Positions 13,081 through 26,439 of a DNA stretch of 64,000 nt are shown here, piece after piece. The notes under the pieces are model-generated. The model saw only the letters and a program-made list of their open reading frames with translations. It was not told where the DNA came from and did no database searches. A program made the position numbers and the translations under genes. The DNA comes from Camelus dromedarius. Taxonomy: Eukaryota. The stretch's first letter is position 1. Each line of letters opens with the position of its first letter. The stretch lies in the NCBI RefSeq assembly GCF_036321535.1, contig NC_087436.1:108192001-108256000 (forward strand), in the 5' to 3' direction.

Positions 13081-13648
13081 TGGGGAGTCCAGTGACCCCC
13101 TCCTTGGGTTTAACTGATTTTCTAGAGCATCTCACAGAACCCAGAGAAACATTTTACTTACTGGACCACCAGTTTATTATAAATGGACATAACTCAGGAA
13201 GAGCCAGAGAAGAGATGTATAAGGAAAAGTATGTGAGAAAGAGTGTGGAACCCCTCTGCTCATCCAGAGAGCCACTCTGCCGTGTCTTCACCAGCCCAGA
13301 GGCTCTCTGAACCTCGTCCTTTGGGTTTTTATGAAAACTTCACTACATTGTCATGATAGATGGAATCGGTGGCCATTGGTGGTTAAGTCAGCTTCTATCT
13401 CCTCACCCCTCTTCAAGGTCAGAGGGATGAAACAGAAATTTCTAACTTTCTAGTTAGGAGGTTGGTTCTCCTGGCAACCAGCCCCCATCTTTAGGTGTAG
13501 TTTCCAAGTAACATCATTAATATAACAAAAAAACACCTTTACTGCTCTCACCATTTAAAGAGAATTCCAAGGGTTTTCAGAGCTCTGTGCCAGAAATGGG
13601 GACAAAGACCAAATATATATATTTCTTACTATAAGTCACAATATCATA
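13081..13648 (-). mobile_element. MER21-like ERV LTR
   Basis: CTCACAGAACCCAGAGAAACATTTTACTTAC and terminus GACCAAATATATATATTTCTTACTATAAGTCACAATATCATA resemble reverse MER21B/C. Confidence 0.8.
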
Positions 13649-14465
13649 GTAGGTAGTAATTTCAAGTTGAGAACAAGGATAATTTTGTTGATGAGTGAAC
13701 ATCGTTTGACTCCTGACTAGTATGAATAATACTACAGCTTTTGCTTTGCATTGTAAATAATGATGGAAAACATACCTCATGGGAACTACTACTTTAAAAC
13801 AATAAGGCTGAGACCTGATGGCTTATACCAATTAAAAATAGCTTGAGTTCTGAATACCACATGCGTAAATGATGGTTACTTGTTTTCTTTTTCGATATTA
13901 AGGAATAATCCAAGGATTATTTTAACATCAGAAGAACCATATGTTTATAAATGTACTTGAAAGCTAAATATATTTTCTCTTCAGTTGTAAAGAAATGTTA
14001 TCAAAGTGGCTAATGCTTTAGGCTCCATATTATTAGGGGTTTTTTTGAGCCTTCTCTCTGTTCTTTGTTAACAGTCTCCAATAAGTTGATCACTATCAAA
14101 GGGGAGAGCTCATGTCTTGAAGCTTTTCTTCTTAGAGGCCATTTAATTAGTTCCTGTCACACCTTCTTTCGACTTTTTTTTCTCCATCTCCCTATCAGTT
14201 TCATGATCTCAGTGCTGTTTCTAACTCTTATCACCTTCGTGCTCACATACTCACGCAAAGTGAGGCTCCTGGAGGGGCAACTGCATGGAATGGTTTATGC
14301 ACTTACGTTTTGGAACTCCTGCTTCACCTCTTTTATTCATTTATTTATTCAACACTTATTTTCTGAGCACCTGTCAGGAGCCAGACACAGGGTATAGAGA
14401 GATAAATAAAATCCACCATTTCTCTTCTCATGGAACATGTGTTCTTACACGAATAAAAACAGGTC

Positions 14466-14680
14466 TTGGGGATTAACAACACATTACTATATATAAAAAT
14501 CGATTAAAAAAACAAGGTCCCAATGTATAGCACAGGGAACTATATTCAATTTCTTGAGATAAATAATGGAAAAGAATCTGGAAAGAAAAAATTCATATTA
14601 TGTATGCGTAACTGAATCACTTTGCTGTGCACATGAAACTAACATTGTAAATCAACTACACGTTAATAAAATTTTTGAAA
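14466..14680 (+). mobile_element. 5'-truncated L1 3' UTR fragment, inserted in an L2 remnant
   Basis: TGTATAGCACAGGGAACTATATTCAA and TAACTGAATCACTTTGCTGT motifs. Confidence 0.9.
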
Positions 14681-15599
14681 AGAATATGGACTGTTTGAAT
14701 TAAAATTATACAGATAAATATTAACAATTGGAAATGTGCTGCAAATGAAAACTACAAGATGCTGCTAGAACAGGTCAAGTTCTTAATTTCCCCACCTCAG
14801 TCCCATCGTTCATGCAAGGGAGACACTGATACTTACCTCATTGCAGACATAACTAAATGACACGATGTGGGTGAAGGTTTAGTACAGTTTCACAAATGTG
14901 CATTATCTTTAATCAATGTTATTGTTCTTCATAAAAGTGATTTCTTCATCAAAAAGCTGGAGACTCTCTTTTTAGGTAAATGTTAATTTAATCAATAATT
15001 ATTCAATGGTAAACATTCAATTAAGTCATAATCATGATCCATTGCAGCCTTTCAAACTGACATTCATAAGCAATATTTCTTTCTTATGTGTCTGTGTTCC
15101 ATTATCTCAAAGTTTTGCTTTCCCTCCAGCACCTTCATTTCATAAAAATAATAGTCAATAAATTAAGCTTCTTGGAAGTTCCTTTTATAATTTCTGGAAT
15201 AATGGGCTTTATACACTAGTACTTTTATTACATGTTCAAGCACCATTGTTTTTATGAGAAAGGCTTCCTATAATATATGTGTACTGATGAGTTTTCAAGT
15301 ATATTTTCCACTTTTCCTGACAACCTACCAGCGTGGTGTTTAAAGAGCAAAGAGGAAGCATCACACCTGCCAGAATCAACAGTTCTTCCTTATGATACAG
15401 TGAAATACAGTGCGGTTCCTTTCAGTTGTTTGTACTTCATTTCCGTTGTGTAAGTGCTGTTTGTTTTACTTTATGAAAGCAATTTATGACTTGATAATAC
15501 ACTTTTAAGGTAAAATTTTCTTTTATACGTAATTGGAATCAGCTAAGAAAGCCCTGATGATTCCATTCATTCAGTGAAGCCCAGTGGGTAAGATCTGCT

Positions 15600-15790
15600 C
15601 CACTGACTTGGAGGTGAGCATGTAGCGTGCCTTCTGTGAGTGTCGGCTTCCTCACCCCTCGTGGAGAATGGAGGTGAGACTAGCAACTGCCTTGCAGCGT
15701 TGTCATGAGAAATTTGCCAGTTGATACATGTGGAATACTTGAGCAGGGCCTGGCACGTGGTAGGCACTCAGTGCACATTTGCTATTATGT
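15600..15790 (+). mobile_element. MIR SINE, diverged
   Basis: Tail CAGGGCCTGGCACGTGGTAGGCACTCAG...TTTGCTATTAT. Confidence 0.7.
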
Positions 15791-16092
15791 TGTGTACTCC
15801 AGGAATATTCATGAAGCACCTGGGTTTGCTGAGTCCTGTGCCAAGTGTAAGGATTCAGTATGTGAAGCTTCTGTGCAAGAGCTGTTTCGACCCTTGAGCC
15901 ACTTGCCTTCTCCAGCCTGGTTTGTTTTCTTCTTAAAGATGAAATAAAATGAAACTCAGTCAATCATGGGAAACGGTCAGTCTTGCTTGGGGGAGGTGAT
16001 GCAGCTTGCTTTCTACCGAAGTTCCAACGCATTCAATACATCATTTCATCTTTCCTTCAAATTCCTACCTCACTGTCTCATCACTAGCAGTC

Positions 16093-16182
16093 TTCCTCCC
16101 TTCCTCACTCCCTCCCTCCTTCTTTCCCTCTTCCTTTCCTTTCCTTTCTTTCTTTCCTTTTTCCCTTTTCTTTTCTTTTTTT
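16093..16182. repeat. Polypyrimidine CT-rich low-complexity tract
   Basis: Read directly. Confidence 0.85.
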
Positions 16183-16219
16183 CAGTTTTGTTCCTTCCAG
16201 TTTGTTATCCCTGCAGCAA

Positions 16220-16420
16220 AGTGTAGTGGAAAGAAACAAAACTTTGAAGGCTGACAGACCTTGGATGGAATCTAGGATCTGCCCCTACTAGCTGTGTGAC
16301 CTGGAACAAGGTGGTCTCTGAACCTAAGCCTTGTTCTGTCTGAATTGGGCAGGAGGTCAGCTAATTGTTTATTTTTGAGGATCAGTAATAATTGTAGGTG
16401 CTCAATAAATGGTATTTATT
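16220..16420 (+). mobile_element. MIR SINE
   Basis: CCTACTAGCTGTGTGACCTGGAACAAG; GTAGGTGCTCAATAAATGG. Confidence 0.8.
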
Positions 16421-17419
16421 GTTAATTCAGGCCATTTACTGTCTAAATTATGCAAATTGTCATTTAATCATGTTCTGCCTTGTTATTTGATTACATCTCT
16501 TATGTGGGTATATTGATTTGGATTTTAAGTTTCTTGAAAGCAGATTCTGTTATGGCATGTGAGTTCTTCATGACCACAGTAACTTGGAGCTAATGCACGG
16601 TATACTTCAAGTTGATGTGAGTAGCCCTCTATAAACTAAACAAACATTTACAAACCAATTACATGTTTGAAAACAGATTTTATTTTTTAAAGGTAAACAC
16701 ACTTTTTAGGTGTAACATCTAAATATCCTAAGAGGAGGAGTATACTCATTTAACCTTATTCTCACTAAAGTCTAAGTGGTAGTGGGGGAAAAGAAAATGA
16801 AAAGTGAGAGTAATGAATTATCCTCCAGCCGCCGGCTAACCAAGGGGTATGTAGCTTGCTCGGCAGTAAACCCCTGTTTAATTGTTTGTATAAATCGTAT
16901 GTCAGTATCATTCATGATAAGTCCAGTGACTGGCCGGGTGTCTACCAGGCATCGTGGAGACCCCGGTGATATGAGGACGAGTGAAATATATTTTGGGTTT
17001 ATAAATGGACAAATGCAGAAAAAGAATAGAAATTTAACTCCACAAAAATCATCTTACTGTGAAGAACTTAAGGAACTCTTCAGTGTCATGATAGCACAAT
17101 CTCTGTCTTTCTTAAGTTCGTAAAATCAAATCATCCACTCATTCTATTTCTTCTTCATTTCTTCCCTGTTTGGAACTCAGAAGAAATGAGGGGGGAAAAA
17201 AAAGCATTTTTTATAATGGTCTTTGTTCATTATTTCAGCTGTGAACATTTGTCTTTTATGTATAAGTTCATGTTAAAATTGCATTAAAATAATACATCAT
17301 AATTTTAATTGCTGATGTTAAAATGGTTTCTTTAATATAATTTATTTTACGGAAGGCTATGCATATATTCCTAGCGTTGTACCAAGTAGCTAGTCCCTAA
17401 GTTTATGACTGTTTTCACC

Positions 17420-17650
17420 CTTAACAGCTACTGGTTATTGGGTAGTTATTCTATGCCAGGTCCTGGCATAACTGTTTTATATGTGCTGCCTTATTTATGG
17501 CATCTCTTCTACCTGTTAAGTAGATATTGTTGTCCTTATTTTACGCATGAGGATCCTGACGCACAGAAAGCCTAATTTTCCAAAATCTCAAAGCTAGAAA
17601 ATAATTGTGTTGGCATTTGAACTCAGACTTTCAAACTTCAGGTTTATCAC
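17420..17650 (-). mobile_element. MIR SINE
   Basis: CTATGCCAGGTCCTGG...CTTATTTTACGCATGAGGATCCTGACGCACAGA...ATTTGAACTCAG. Confidence 0.75.
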
Positions 17651-18731
17651 ATTCTAAAATCCGTGGCTCCTAATTCTGCAGTACTATCTTTAATGAATGT
17701 GCTTATAAATTGTTCACAGTGTTTGATTTGTAAACTCAGTTTTTAAAGATGATGGAGATGCCTTAGAATTCACTCTTGGTTATTCTGAGGGCAGCTTTTC
17801 TTCAAAGGGAAATATCTTCAAAGGAGAAAAGAAAACGCCACAGGTGTGTGCACGTGTCTGATTTTGTGGACGAATTCTCTCTCACTGGGTGGAATTAGGG
17901 AGTTACAGATTTCTAGTTAAGTGCCCGATTTAGGACAATTCCTAGTATTTTGTGAGTAATTCTCAAGGGTACCCTGGTTTCTCTGAAATGACAGAGAAGG
18001 AAGGACAATGAGGTTCTCTGAAACAAAGAACACCGTGATCTGGGGAGGGATATTTACATCCCTTTTAACGTAACTGATCCTCTTTCTTCTCCTCCTTCCC
18101 CAAAGACCACACTCATCATGGTTGAATGACTCTCTAAATGTAAAGTGGAAACTTCGCAGCTCCCTCAGGAGTGTTATATTTTTATACCAGGTGCCCTATT
18201 TGCATTCTTTGCATCTTGTATTCATAGATTATTTACAAAATGGAGACATGGATTTGTGTTGGAAATGTTTTCCTTTGAAAATGTATCTCTGTGGAGAAAT
18301 ATTTTCATCCAGCAAATGGAAAATCATTATCCTAATATTTATACAAAAATTCCTGGCAACAGAAATTTTCAAACTCGTATTTTTGTGCTGTTCTTGGTGC
18401 ATAATATATTCAGCAATGATAAATGAAATTCCTCTTTCTGTGAGGATGGAGCACTCCTCATTTAAATGGATGTACTATGACCTTTTAAAGTCTAAATTAT
18501 ATACATTTCCACTAGTGAATTAGTAAATTTAGGTAACAAAATCACCAACTTATGCAGTCCTGAGTCTTATTACACTCCAGTTCCCACCATATTAAACTAT
18601 TTACCTCATTTCAAAAGTGAAAATGAGGCAAAATACGTGGTTTTCTTTCTGGTCACTGAGTCCTAAACAGAGTCACCAAGTCTAGTGGCCACATGGGGCC
18701 TAGAGCTCTGAGGTTTGGGTGTCATCCTGTC

Positions 18732-19029
18732 CAGTGCTTCTCTAGACATTTTTGATTCTCACCTAGTAATAAATTTCACATTATAATCCAGTGTACAAAT
18801 GCACACACAGACACGGGTAGACACACACAAGTACACACTAACTGTAATGAGAGGTTTCGAAAATAACCTTTATCTTTACTATATGTGATGTGCTCTGCTG
18901 TTATCTGGTCTGTTCCGTTCCCTTCCATTCTATTCTTTCTTCTTTTATTTTTAAGTCTCATCCTGACTCATCATTAAATTAATTTCATGACCCATTAGTG
19001 GATCAGGGCCTAAAGCTTGAAAAACACTC
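18732..19029. mobile_element. hAT-Charlie family MITE (subfamily uncertain)
   Basis: Termini CAGTGCTTCTC ... TTGAAAAACACT; internal TTTCATGACCCATTAGTGGATC. Confidence 0.7.
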
Positions 19030-19194
19030 TGTGTAAATAGTGGGTAATCCTGAGATGTGAATAAACAGAATGACATGATCACAAAATTTTGATCTCAAGT
19101 GTTTAAGATGTTCAGATTGAAGGATGTTCAGATCCAAGAGAGATGAGGAGGGTCTGAACCAACCAAATAATGATGAAAGTCAACATTAATTGAA

Positions 19195-19420
19195 TAATTT
19201 CTTGCTGAATGCCCTATGAAAAACTTAGCTTTAACTGCATTCTATCATTTAAGCCCCTAAACAGTTGTGTATGTAATAAGTGTTATTTCTTATCCCTGTT
19301 TTATAAGTGTAAGAGCTGAGGCTTTGGAAATACTTTTCTTAAGTTCATATAGTTTATATTTGGCAAAGCCAGAATTTGAACGTAAATTTACATGACTAGG
19401 CCCAAGTTCTCATACATTCT
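19195..19420 (-). mobile_element. MIR SINE
   Basis: TTATCCCTGTTTTATAAGTGTAAGAGCTGAGGCT...GGCAAAGCCAGAATTTGAAC. Confidence 0.7.
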
Positions 19421-21267
19421 GTTCCTATATCCTTTCTCCTCAAAAATATTGTGTCTTTTATTGTGCATAGCTCAGTACATTTTGTCACGGATCAGTAACA
19501 TACATCTGAAGAAATGTCTGTCATCTCTCCCAGATTTCTCAGGGAAAGGGACCATGGACTTTTTCTAACAAGAAAGATATTTTGAATCTAGAATTGTGAA
19601 TGAGTCAAGTCGTCAGTTCCCTTGAAAAATCACAAAATAAACTTTCTTCAGGTCTTTTATTATGCCGTTCTTGTACCAAGGTGCTTGTTTTTATTTGTTA
19701 GGGAGATAATGATGTTTCATGTAAACATTTCAGAAACAGGTATCATTTTCTCTGCAGGTCTGTTCTTAATGTCATCATTCAGGATCACAAAGTGAAGCAC
19801 AGAAAATAAAATAAATTGAACGTGCACTAGGGTTTCTAAATTGAGCTCCAGTTGAGTGTCAGTTCTCGTGGATAAACTCTTCGCACACTCATTGAACTTG
19901 GTCATTTGCCCTCAGAAGGGGTGACACATCCTTATAAAAGCACAGATGTTACCTGCTTGCCTTTTCTCTCTCTCTGTCTTCACTGTGATTCTCAGGAAAG
20001 GAAATCCAATTTCTGTACCATATCTTTAATGGCTCCTCCTGACAGTGTGTAAAGTACTTGCTGACACAATGGCCAAGTTGATTTTCTAGAGGAAAGAAAG
20101 GCAGGTTGGGAGCTCACCATCCTTTATGGAGTGATATTCTTTAAATGTGTTCTCGACAACTGCAAGAGGACAAGTGTGGGGAACTGCTGAAAATGAGCGC
20201 TTGTAAACATTTGTTTACTTTGCATGAGGCATTTTACATAATTCCATAGAGGAGTGTCTGTTCCACGCCACCCTAGGGTAAAGATAGTTTTTATTCAGTA
20301 ATATGTATTAGCTTATCTTTTAAAAATAATTTCTAGCTAATATTAAACAATCCCATCAAGACATAATTCTTCATTTCATAGAGAACTACTTTAAAAAATA
20401 TCTTAAACAGAACTTTCTGATACCAAAAAAGGCTGGTTTTAAAACAAGACTTCTAGAGTTAAATGTAGTTTTTGTTGCCTTTTAAGAGTATAACCTTGGA
20501 TGTGGTGTTTAAATTTTCTGAGCTGAGGTGTCTTTCTGTGCAACATAGGGCAATAATACTTAAAGGCAGTACTGTGGGTGTTAAGTGAGATAAATAAGAC
20601 CAAAAAGAGTTCCTGGCTCAAGGTCAAGGCTCAATAAAGATTTATTCTCTTTTGTTTCCAAACATTGTGAACTCATATATTGAAAACTCCTGCACTTTTT
20701 AAGTTACCTAGAAAAAATTCAGTGGTAAAAAAGATATTGCTACTCTATCACACCAATAAAAATATTTTATTACAGCATATATCTGGGTGCTTATTATTAT
20801 AATTGGAAACGATATATTTAGTTGTATTTAGGGGTCAGTTGATAGTTCTTATTGTAAAACATAATGATTCTCAGCCTATCTAAGAGTTCCTGTATCAAAA
20901 ACTACAAGGGTTATTGTATTGTGTCCAAGTTAACTAAAAAAATTATTTTTCAAAAGTAATTTTCCTGGGGCTATATATTCTGGTTCTGCTACATGAGTCA
21001 GGATAGATGGAAACATTTAGTCAAATTAAGTTTTTATCTCTAGGCTGAAAGGCAGTTTATGGAGAATAATAACCAGAATGGCATTGTATTCAACGTGTAT
21101 TGAATTATCCATTGACTTTGAGAACATAGTAAGTACCAGTAGAGTTTGCCTGCGGTATAGTTTGAGGGCCTTCAGCAGTGAAAAGCAAGGTGGTTGAGTG
21201 TAGTTGATTCTAGTGGGTAACTGCATGCAAAATTCTGAGCTTGGAATTATGATAACAAATATTCCAT

Positions 21268-21480
21268 GGGAATTCAGGATATGTAGATACTAACTACTAT
21301 ATATAGAATAGATAAACAACAAGGTCCTACTGTCTAGCACAGGGAACTATATTCAATACCTTGTAATGGCCTATAATAAAAAAGAATATGAAAAGGAATA
21401 TATATATATATATGTAAATCACTATGCTGTACACCAGAAATTAATACAACATTGTAAATCGACTGTCCTTTAATTAAGAA
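21268..21480 (+). mobile_element. 5'-truncated L1 3' UTR fragment with partial TSD
   Basis: ATAGATAAACAACAAGGTCCTACTGTCTAGCACAGGGAACTATATTCAA; TCCATGGGA repeated at 21263-21271 and 21488-21496. Confidence 0.92.
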
Positions 21481-23454
21481 ATAGAAATCCATGGGAGGAT
21501 AAACAAGTACATGAAGGAATATATGTAAGTCAATTAAAACAAATTAATAGGCTGCATAGCAAGTAAGATATGAATAAATAAGATGAAATCAATATTTAAC
21601 ATGGCACAAAGGACTCTGAATGGGAGCAAGGCACGCAGAAGAATGCAAATGATATTCTTCACATATTCTTCCGGGATGAAATCAATTTAATGTGTCAACT
21701 TTCCTCCCAAGTAGTCTTCTTCCTTTTGGACACACTCACAGGCTCATCTTGTACTTCTGCTGTGTTCAGACAGCACTGTGGCTTTTAGTCTGTTTTTCTG
21801 CATTCCCAGAAAATCTAAGCCCCTGTGTTCTGGCATAGTGCTGCTGTGACCATGGCTGATGGTGTGCCTAGGGAAGCTGTCATAAGCAGCGAAGCAGAGC
21901 GCTGGATTTCCATGCTTCTTGAGTTTCCACCTCATAAAAGATATTTTACATGAAACAGCCTTAAATCAGTTGATCCTTTAGAATCTCTGATGTAGAACAT
22001 TTTAAGTTGGAGAAGGAAGAAACATAAAACCGTAGGCTTCTATATGCAGAAACAAACGTTCGTGAGTAGTAGCATTTATTTATTGACTCAGTAAGTCATT
22101 CTATGGATATTTATTGAGCACCTGCAATATGCAAAACAGTGATATCCTCAAGTCAATGTGCAAGGTAAACATACTTCAAGAAGGTGCAACATTACAGACA
22201 GAGAAATGCCTCTGAATTAGGCCAGTGTGGGATGTATCACCTCCGTGCTAGAAAAAGATCCCTGTTTCTTTGGTTGACTAAAAGGTGAAGTCATTGGCTT
22301 GTCCTTGGTTGCCAAGAGGTAGGAAAAATACACAACATTAAAGACTGGAATCATACTCTGGACTGGAAGATGCGCACATCTGTGAGGTCACAGAAGTTGA
22401 GATGACACGGGCAAACCACAGAGTCACCTCCCTCTCTCTCATTTATTTACTCGTGGTCATTCACTTAATGAGTAGAATGGTGTGTTGAAGAATTTGCCAT
22501 ATTTAAAGACTTTCATTTGCTCTCTTACTTTCTGTCTCTTCCTTTTTTCTTTTTCTTTCTTTCCTCTTTGACTCTCTCCCTCTGTCATATATACATATAA
22601 AATTGCATGACCCCAGATCATTAAAGCTCTTAAAATCTACGCATTCTTTATGAATTGACATTTGAAAGAGATTCCTGTGGCTCTCTTTCTTGGAGTCAGG
22701 GGTTTTCCAGACATGGTTAACTGCTTGGACTGAAGTCCCATGGTAGCATCCAGAGAAGCATATTCAAGGCACAAGGAAACACCTTTTAGCTAACGGGGTT
22801 GTGTTAGTTTGTAACGCAGGTTACGACTAGACGGATAAGTTGGCATGAGTTTTAGGGTGGAATTTATTAAACCAAAGAAAAAATAGGCAAAACCACAGTA
22901 GGTATGCAGCTGATTTTTTATTGAAGTTAGCCATAAAACTAATGTTTTAGAAAAAAAGTATGCTCGATAAATTCTAAATTCTATTGCTATTATCAAAATC
23001 ATTAAATGATAATGGGGCAATCGTAAACTAAAAATAAAATACAATAGTATTTTAATTAACCTAATTAAATCTGCAGTGGTTAAGATTTTAAGTGTTTCAA
23101 TTGAGTATAATCTCTGAAGAAATTAGCATATTAATGTAAGATAATTATAATCATAGCACTTCAAGTGTTATTAATTCAAAGGTTAGAGAAAAACGCATTA
23201 TTAAAGAAAGTAGTAATTCGATAAAATGAATAATCAAAATTAAATAAAAACTTTGAAGTGTTCTAAAAATTTTTTAATTTTGATAAATTACTAGTCAGAG
23301 ACTTATAATTCATCTCTGAGATATATTTCCAGAAACAACTTTGGGCAGAATTTCAAATAATTCTGAGTGCATTAAGCAATTTTAGGACTTTGATTTTTAG
23401 TCCGTGTCCATGCAGTTTCTACTTTGGTATTCAAAATTTTTCAAGGATTTTGGA

Positions 23455-23875
23455 TTATTTTCAGTCAGGAGACATCCATAGCCTAAGAAAATTGGCCAGT
23501 CCCTGTGAACGATAAACGCAAAAATTTCAGTGATTTAACCAAGTAGAAGTTTATTCTCTTGCTTATCTATAGACCAAAGATATACCTAATTAAAATGCTC
23601 TCCTCCAAGCAGTGGCCGAGGGATCCCAGCTCCTTCTCTCTTGTGGCTTCATCATCTTCAAAAAATGATGGCCAAGGCCATTCTGGAGTTCACTTGCATT
23701 GGAAGATCACTTCTAGATTTTTATGAGCCTTTCTGAAAGTGGCATACGTCATATCCACTCACATTCCCTTGGCCAGAATTCAGTAATGTGGCCACTTCTA
23801 GAAGTCTGGTAAATGTACGCTAGCTCCATGCACAGAAGGAAGAAAAGACAGGCCTGGTGCAGAGCTTGCCAGGGT
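23455..23875 (-). mobile_element. Old MLT1 (ERVL-MaLR) LTR
   Basis: GATCCCAGCTCCTTCTCTCTTGTGGCTTC and CACTCACATTCCCTTGGCCAGAATTCAGTAATGTGGCCAC are typical of reverse MLT1J/K. Confidence 0.7.
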
Positions 23876-25559
23876 CATCTGCTCATTCTGAGGAAGGAAG
23901 GGAACTCAAGTACATGAAACCTACACATTCCAAGTAGGTGGGGCTCATCGACACGTTCACTCTCATTATGTCATTTAATCTTCACTACTAACATACAAAG
24001 TGGGCAACAGCCCAAGAAATTCTTTTGTGGCACTTATTTAAACATTTAAAAACAAGAATTTAGTTTGAGGTCTATCATATTTCCTCTTGAGGTCTAGGAG
24101 CCGCATGGGCTTTACAGCCCGACAGTCTCGATTTGCAACCCCAGTTCTGCTGTATACTACTTGTATGAATATATTAACTGAAAATACAATTAACCTATTT
24201 AAGTTTTAATATTTTCACTGACAAACTAACAATATTTACATTCATTTTCCATTTTTCCTGGTACAGACTAAGTGTTCAATAAATAGAAACTAGCATTTTT
24301 AAAAAATTATATAATTTGTGATATATTTCATACTATCAAAGCCACGTATACCTATTCTATGATTGATTAATGAAATAAATTTGGCTTGCTATAAACTATG
24401 ACATGAAGATTGTAATATAAAATGTGCTTTAAATATTTGACAATAGGTATCAGTATAAGACAATGACTCTAGGGACTGTTTGAATGTAGTCCCTTTTGGA
24501 AATGGCAATTAAATTGTGTACATAATAGAAAACTTAATGTATGTTATGCCTGAATAACTGCTTAGAAGTTAAGCTGCAGGGAAAAAAGGAAAGAAAAAAG
24601 AAAGCAAGGCATTGGACATTATTGTCTTTCAATAACCAGATTGTTTTTTGGGTATAAGAAAGCATAGGGAGATATATTTTCCTTCTTAGGTTCTTGAAAA
24701 TCTGACCTCTAATGTAGAAATTATTGAGTTTAGTTCAAAACACAGTAAGTGATTTTTGCCCTTAACTTTCCTATCTCAAGAATTCCAAGCGATCTCTGAC
24801 TCTTAATTCAATAAACATTAAATCTGTAACCTCTCATCTACTTGTTCAGGTGACTCCTAATTCAAGCCCCATGGCTGGCAAACGATCACCTCCATGACTT
24901 ACCTCCCTGCAGTTAGCTTGAGGGCAATGCCAGCTCTACCACAGGTGCCAGACTAAATGTAAAATACTTACTGATTATGCAGTGTTTATCAAAGTCTTTT
25001 GTACAAAGGATAAGGGAAATTATTCTAGAAGATTCAAAGACAAGCTTTCTTAACGATCGTATTTAATACAATACATGGATGGTATCATTCCATTAGTTCA
25101 TGGATATTGTTACATAAGGCAATGCTATATAAAGAGTGAACTGATATAAAATAGATCTAAAGTTATTCAGTTAAAAATAGTAGAGCTAATTCACAGAATT
25201 CTCAGAATTGTCAAAAGTTTAAAGCAGTACTAAAAATGCTGAAGTAAGGTAAACACAAGAAGAAGAGAGTGGATAGACAGGGTGTTAAGGCTTCATTCTT
25301 CAAAGAAGAGACATTTCTTTCTGTTTCCATCTGCAAATCCAGTCTTATCTTCTGTTATTCTCCAGCTATTTTGTTCAGTTTCTCAAGTACGTATTCAGCC
25401 TTAGGCTCCTGGTTTGAGTGTTCACCTTCAATAACTAAAGATGATCACTCTCCTTCAAATCTTGTTGCTTCTTTCTCTAATTTTTTTAACTCCTACTAGG
25501 ACTTCAGAATTTTATTTTATTTGTAGTCCCATTTAAATTAAATTCTACCGAGTATATAA

Positions 25560-25860
25560 GGGTTCTGTGTTCTCTAAAGAAAAGGAGAACCACCTTCTTT
25601 TCAAATGCCTGTGAAACATTTATAAGACTGACCATTTTGAGGCCTACAGAAAAAACCTAGGTAGATTATTAAACATATAAATAATGTAGACAACATTTTC
25701 TGGTCTTTATATAGTAAAGTTGAAAATTAAAGCAAAACTGAAAAGCAAAAGTCAGTATAACCTGGAGACTTCAAAATCCTTTCTTAAACTCACATTGATC
25801 AAAATGGAAATGAAAACAAAATTGTAAATTTCTAGTGAATCATAATTTGAAAGACACCAA
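25560..25860 (+). mobile_element. Ancient L1 (L1M) ORF2 remnant, left part
   Basis: A-rich, resembles the endonuclease-downstream ORF2 region; continues after the Kanga insertion. Confidence 0.5.
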
Positions 25861-25879
25861 ATGAGATTTTTCCTAAAAT

Positions 25880-26423
25880 CTAGGGTATCAGTTGTGGGTT
25901 GCAGGGTTACTTTATGTCCATTAAGTAGAAGGTTTCTGCCAATAAACTATGGTAACTCTTTTTTTTTTTTTTTAATTCCTTATTTCTTCCACTGTGCCGC
26001 CAAGTGCATCACTTAAGAGAGTGGTCCTCTGTTATCTCTGAAATTTTCTTCCAAGCCATTGACACTTATTTGAAAGTGTTGTTTTCTTAATCTTCTTAGA
26101 AGGTGTCTATAGAATATTTTCAGTTGGCAACATGAAGGTATTCAAAACGGGAACTAAACTCAGCTCTTCAGCACCAGTCATGCACGTAGCTCAGCTGGAG
26201 TGGTGCCAGTAGGAACAGCCTGTCCGAGGCTCTGCATCCTCTGAGACTGACGACTGTGTCAGGGCTGCAGCCTGGCTGATATCCCTGGAGTCTGATCCAA
26301 GTGGAGCTTAGTGTGCTAGGAGATGCGTATGTTCACCCTTTGATGAAGGCGTCTCTTGATTCTAAGAAGTGCTACTAGTTGAAGTGACCTTAAAAAGTGT
26401 GTCTCAGAATTGATGAGACATGG
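25880..26423 (-). mobile_element. Kanga1/MER104-like TcMar-Tc2 DNA transposon, internally deleted
   Basis: Right terminus AAAAAGTGTGTCTCAGAATTGATGAGACATGG resembles the reverse MER104/Kanga1 TIR; minus strand near 26005-26120 reads TPSKKIKK.../VSMAWKKISEITEDHSLK, like pogo/Tc2 transposase C-termini; left boundary uncertain. Confidence 0.7.
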
Positions 26424-26439
26424 ATTTAGATAGTAGGGG

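Noticed and set aside
16776..17123. 115-aa ORF over the CpG-retaining element
   Set aside because: GTG start, no recognisable homology or convincing splice sites; the element is more plausibly non-coding
18122..18523. Longest ORF (133 aa) and overlapping 93-aa ORF
   Set aside because: Non-ATG starts, composition typical of translated AT-rich DNA, no recognisable domain
24574..24605. Strong minus-strand acceptor-like pyrimidine tract ending CCCTGCAG
   Set aside because: Downstream sequence is stop-rich with no good donor; pseudo-site
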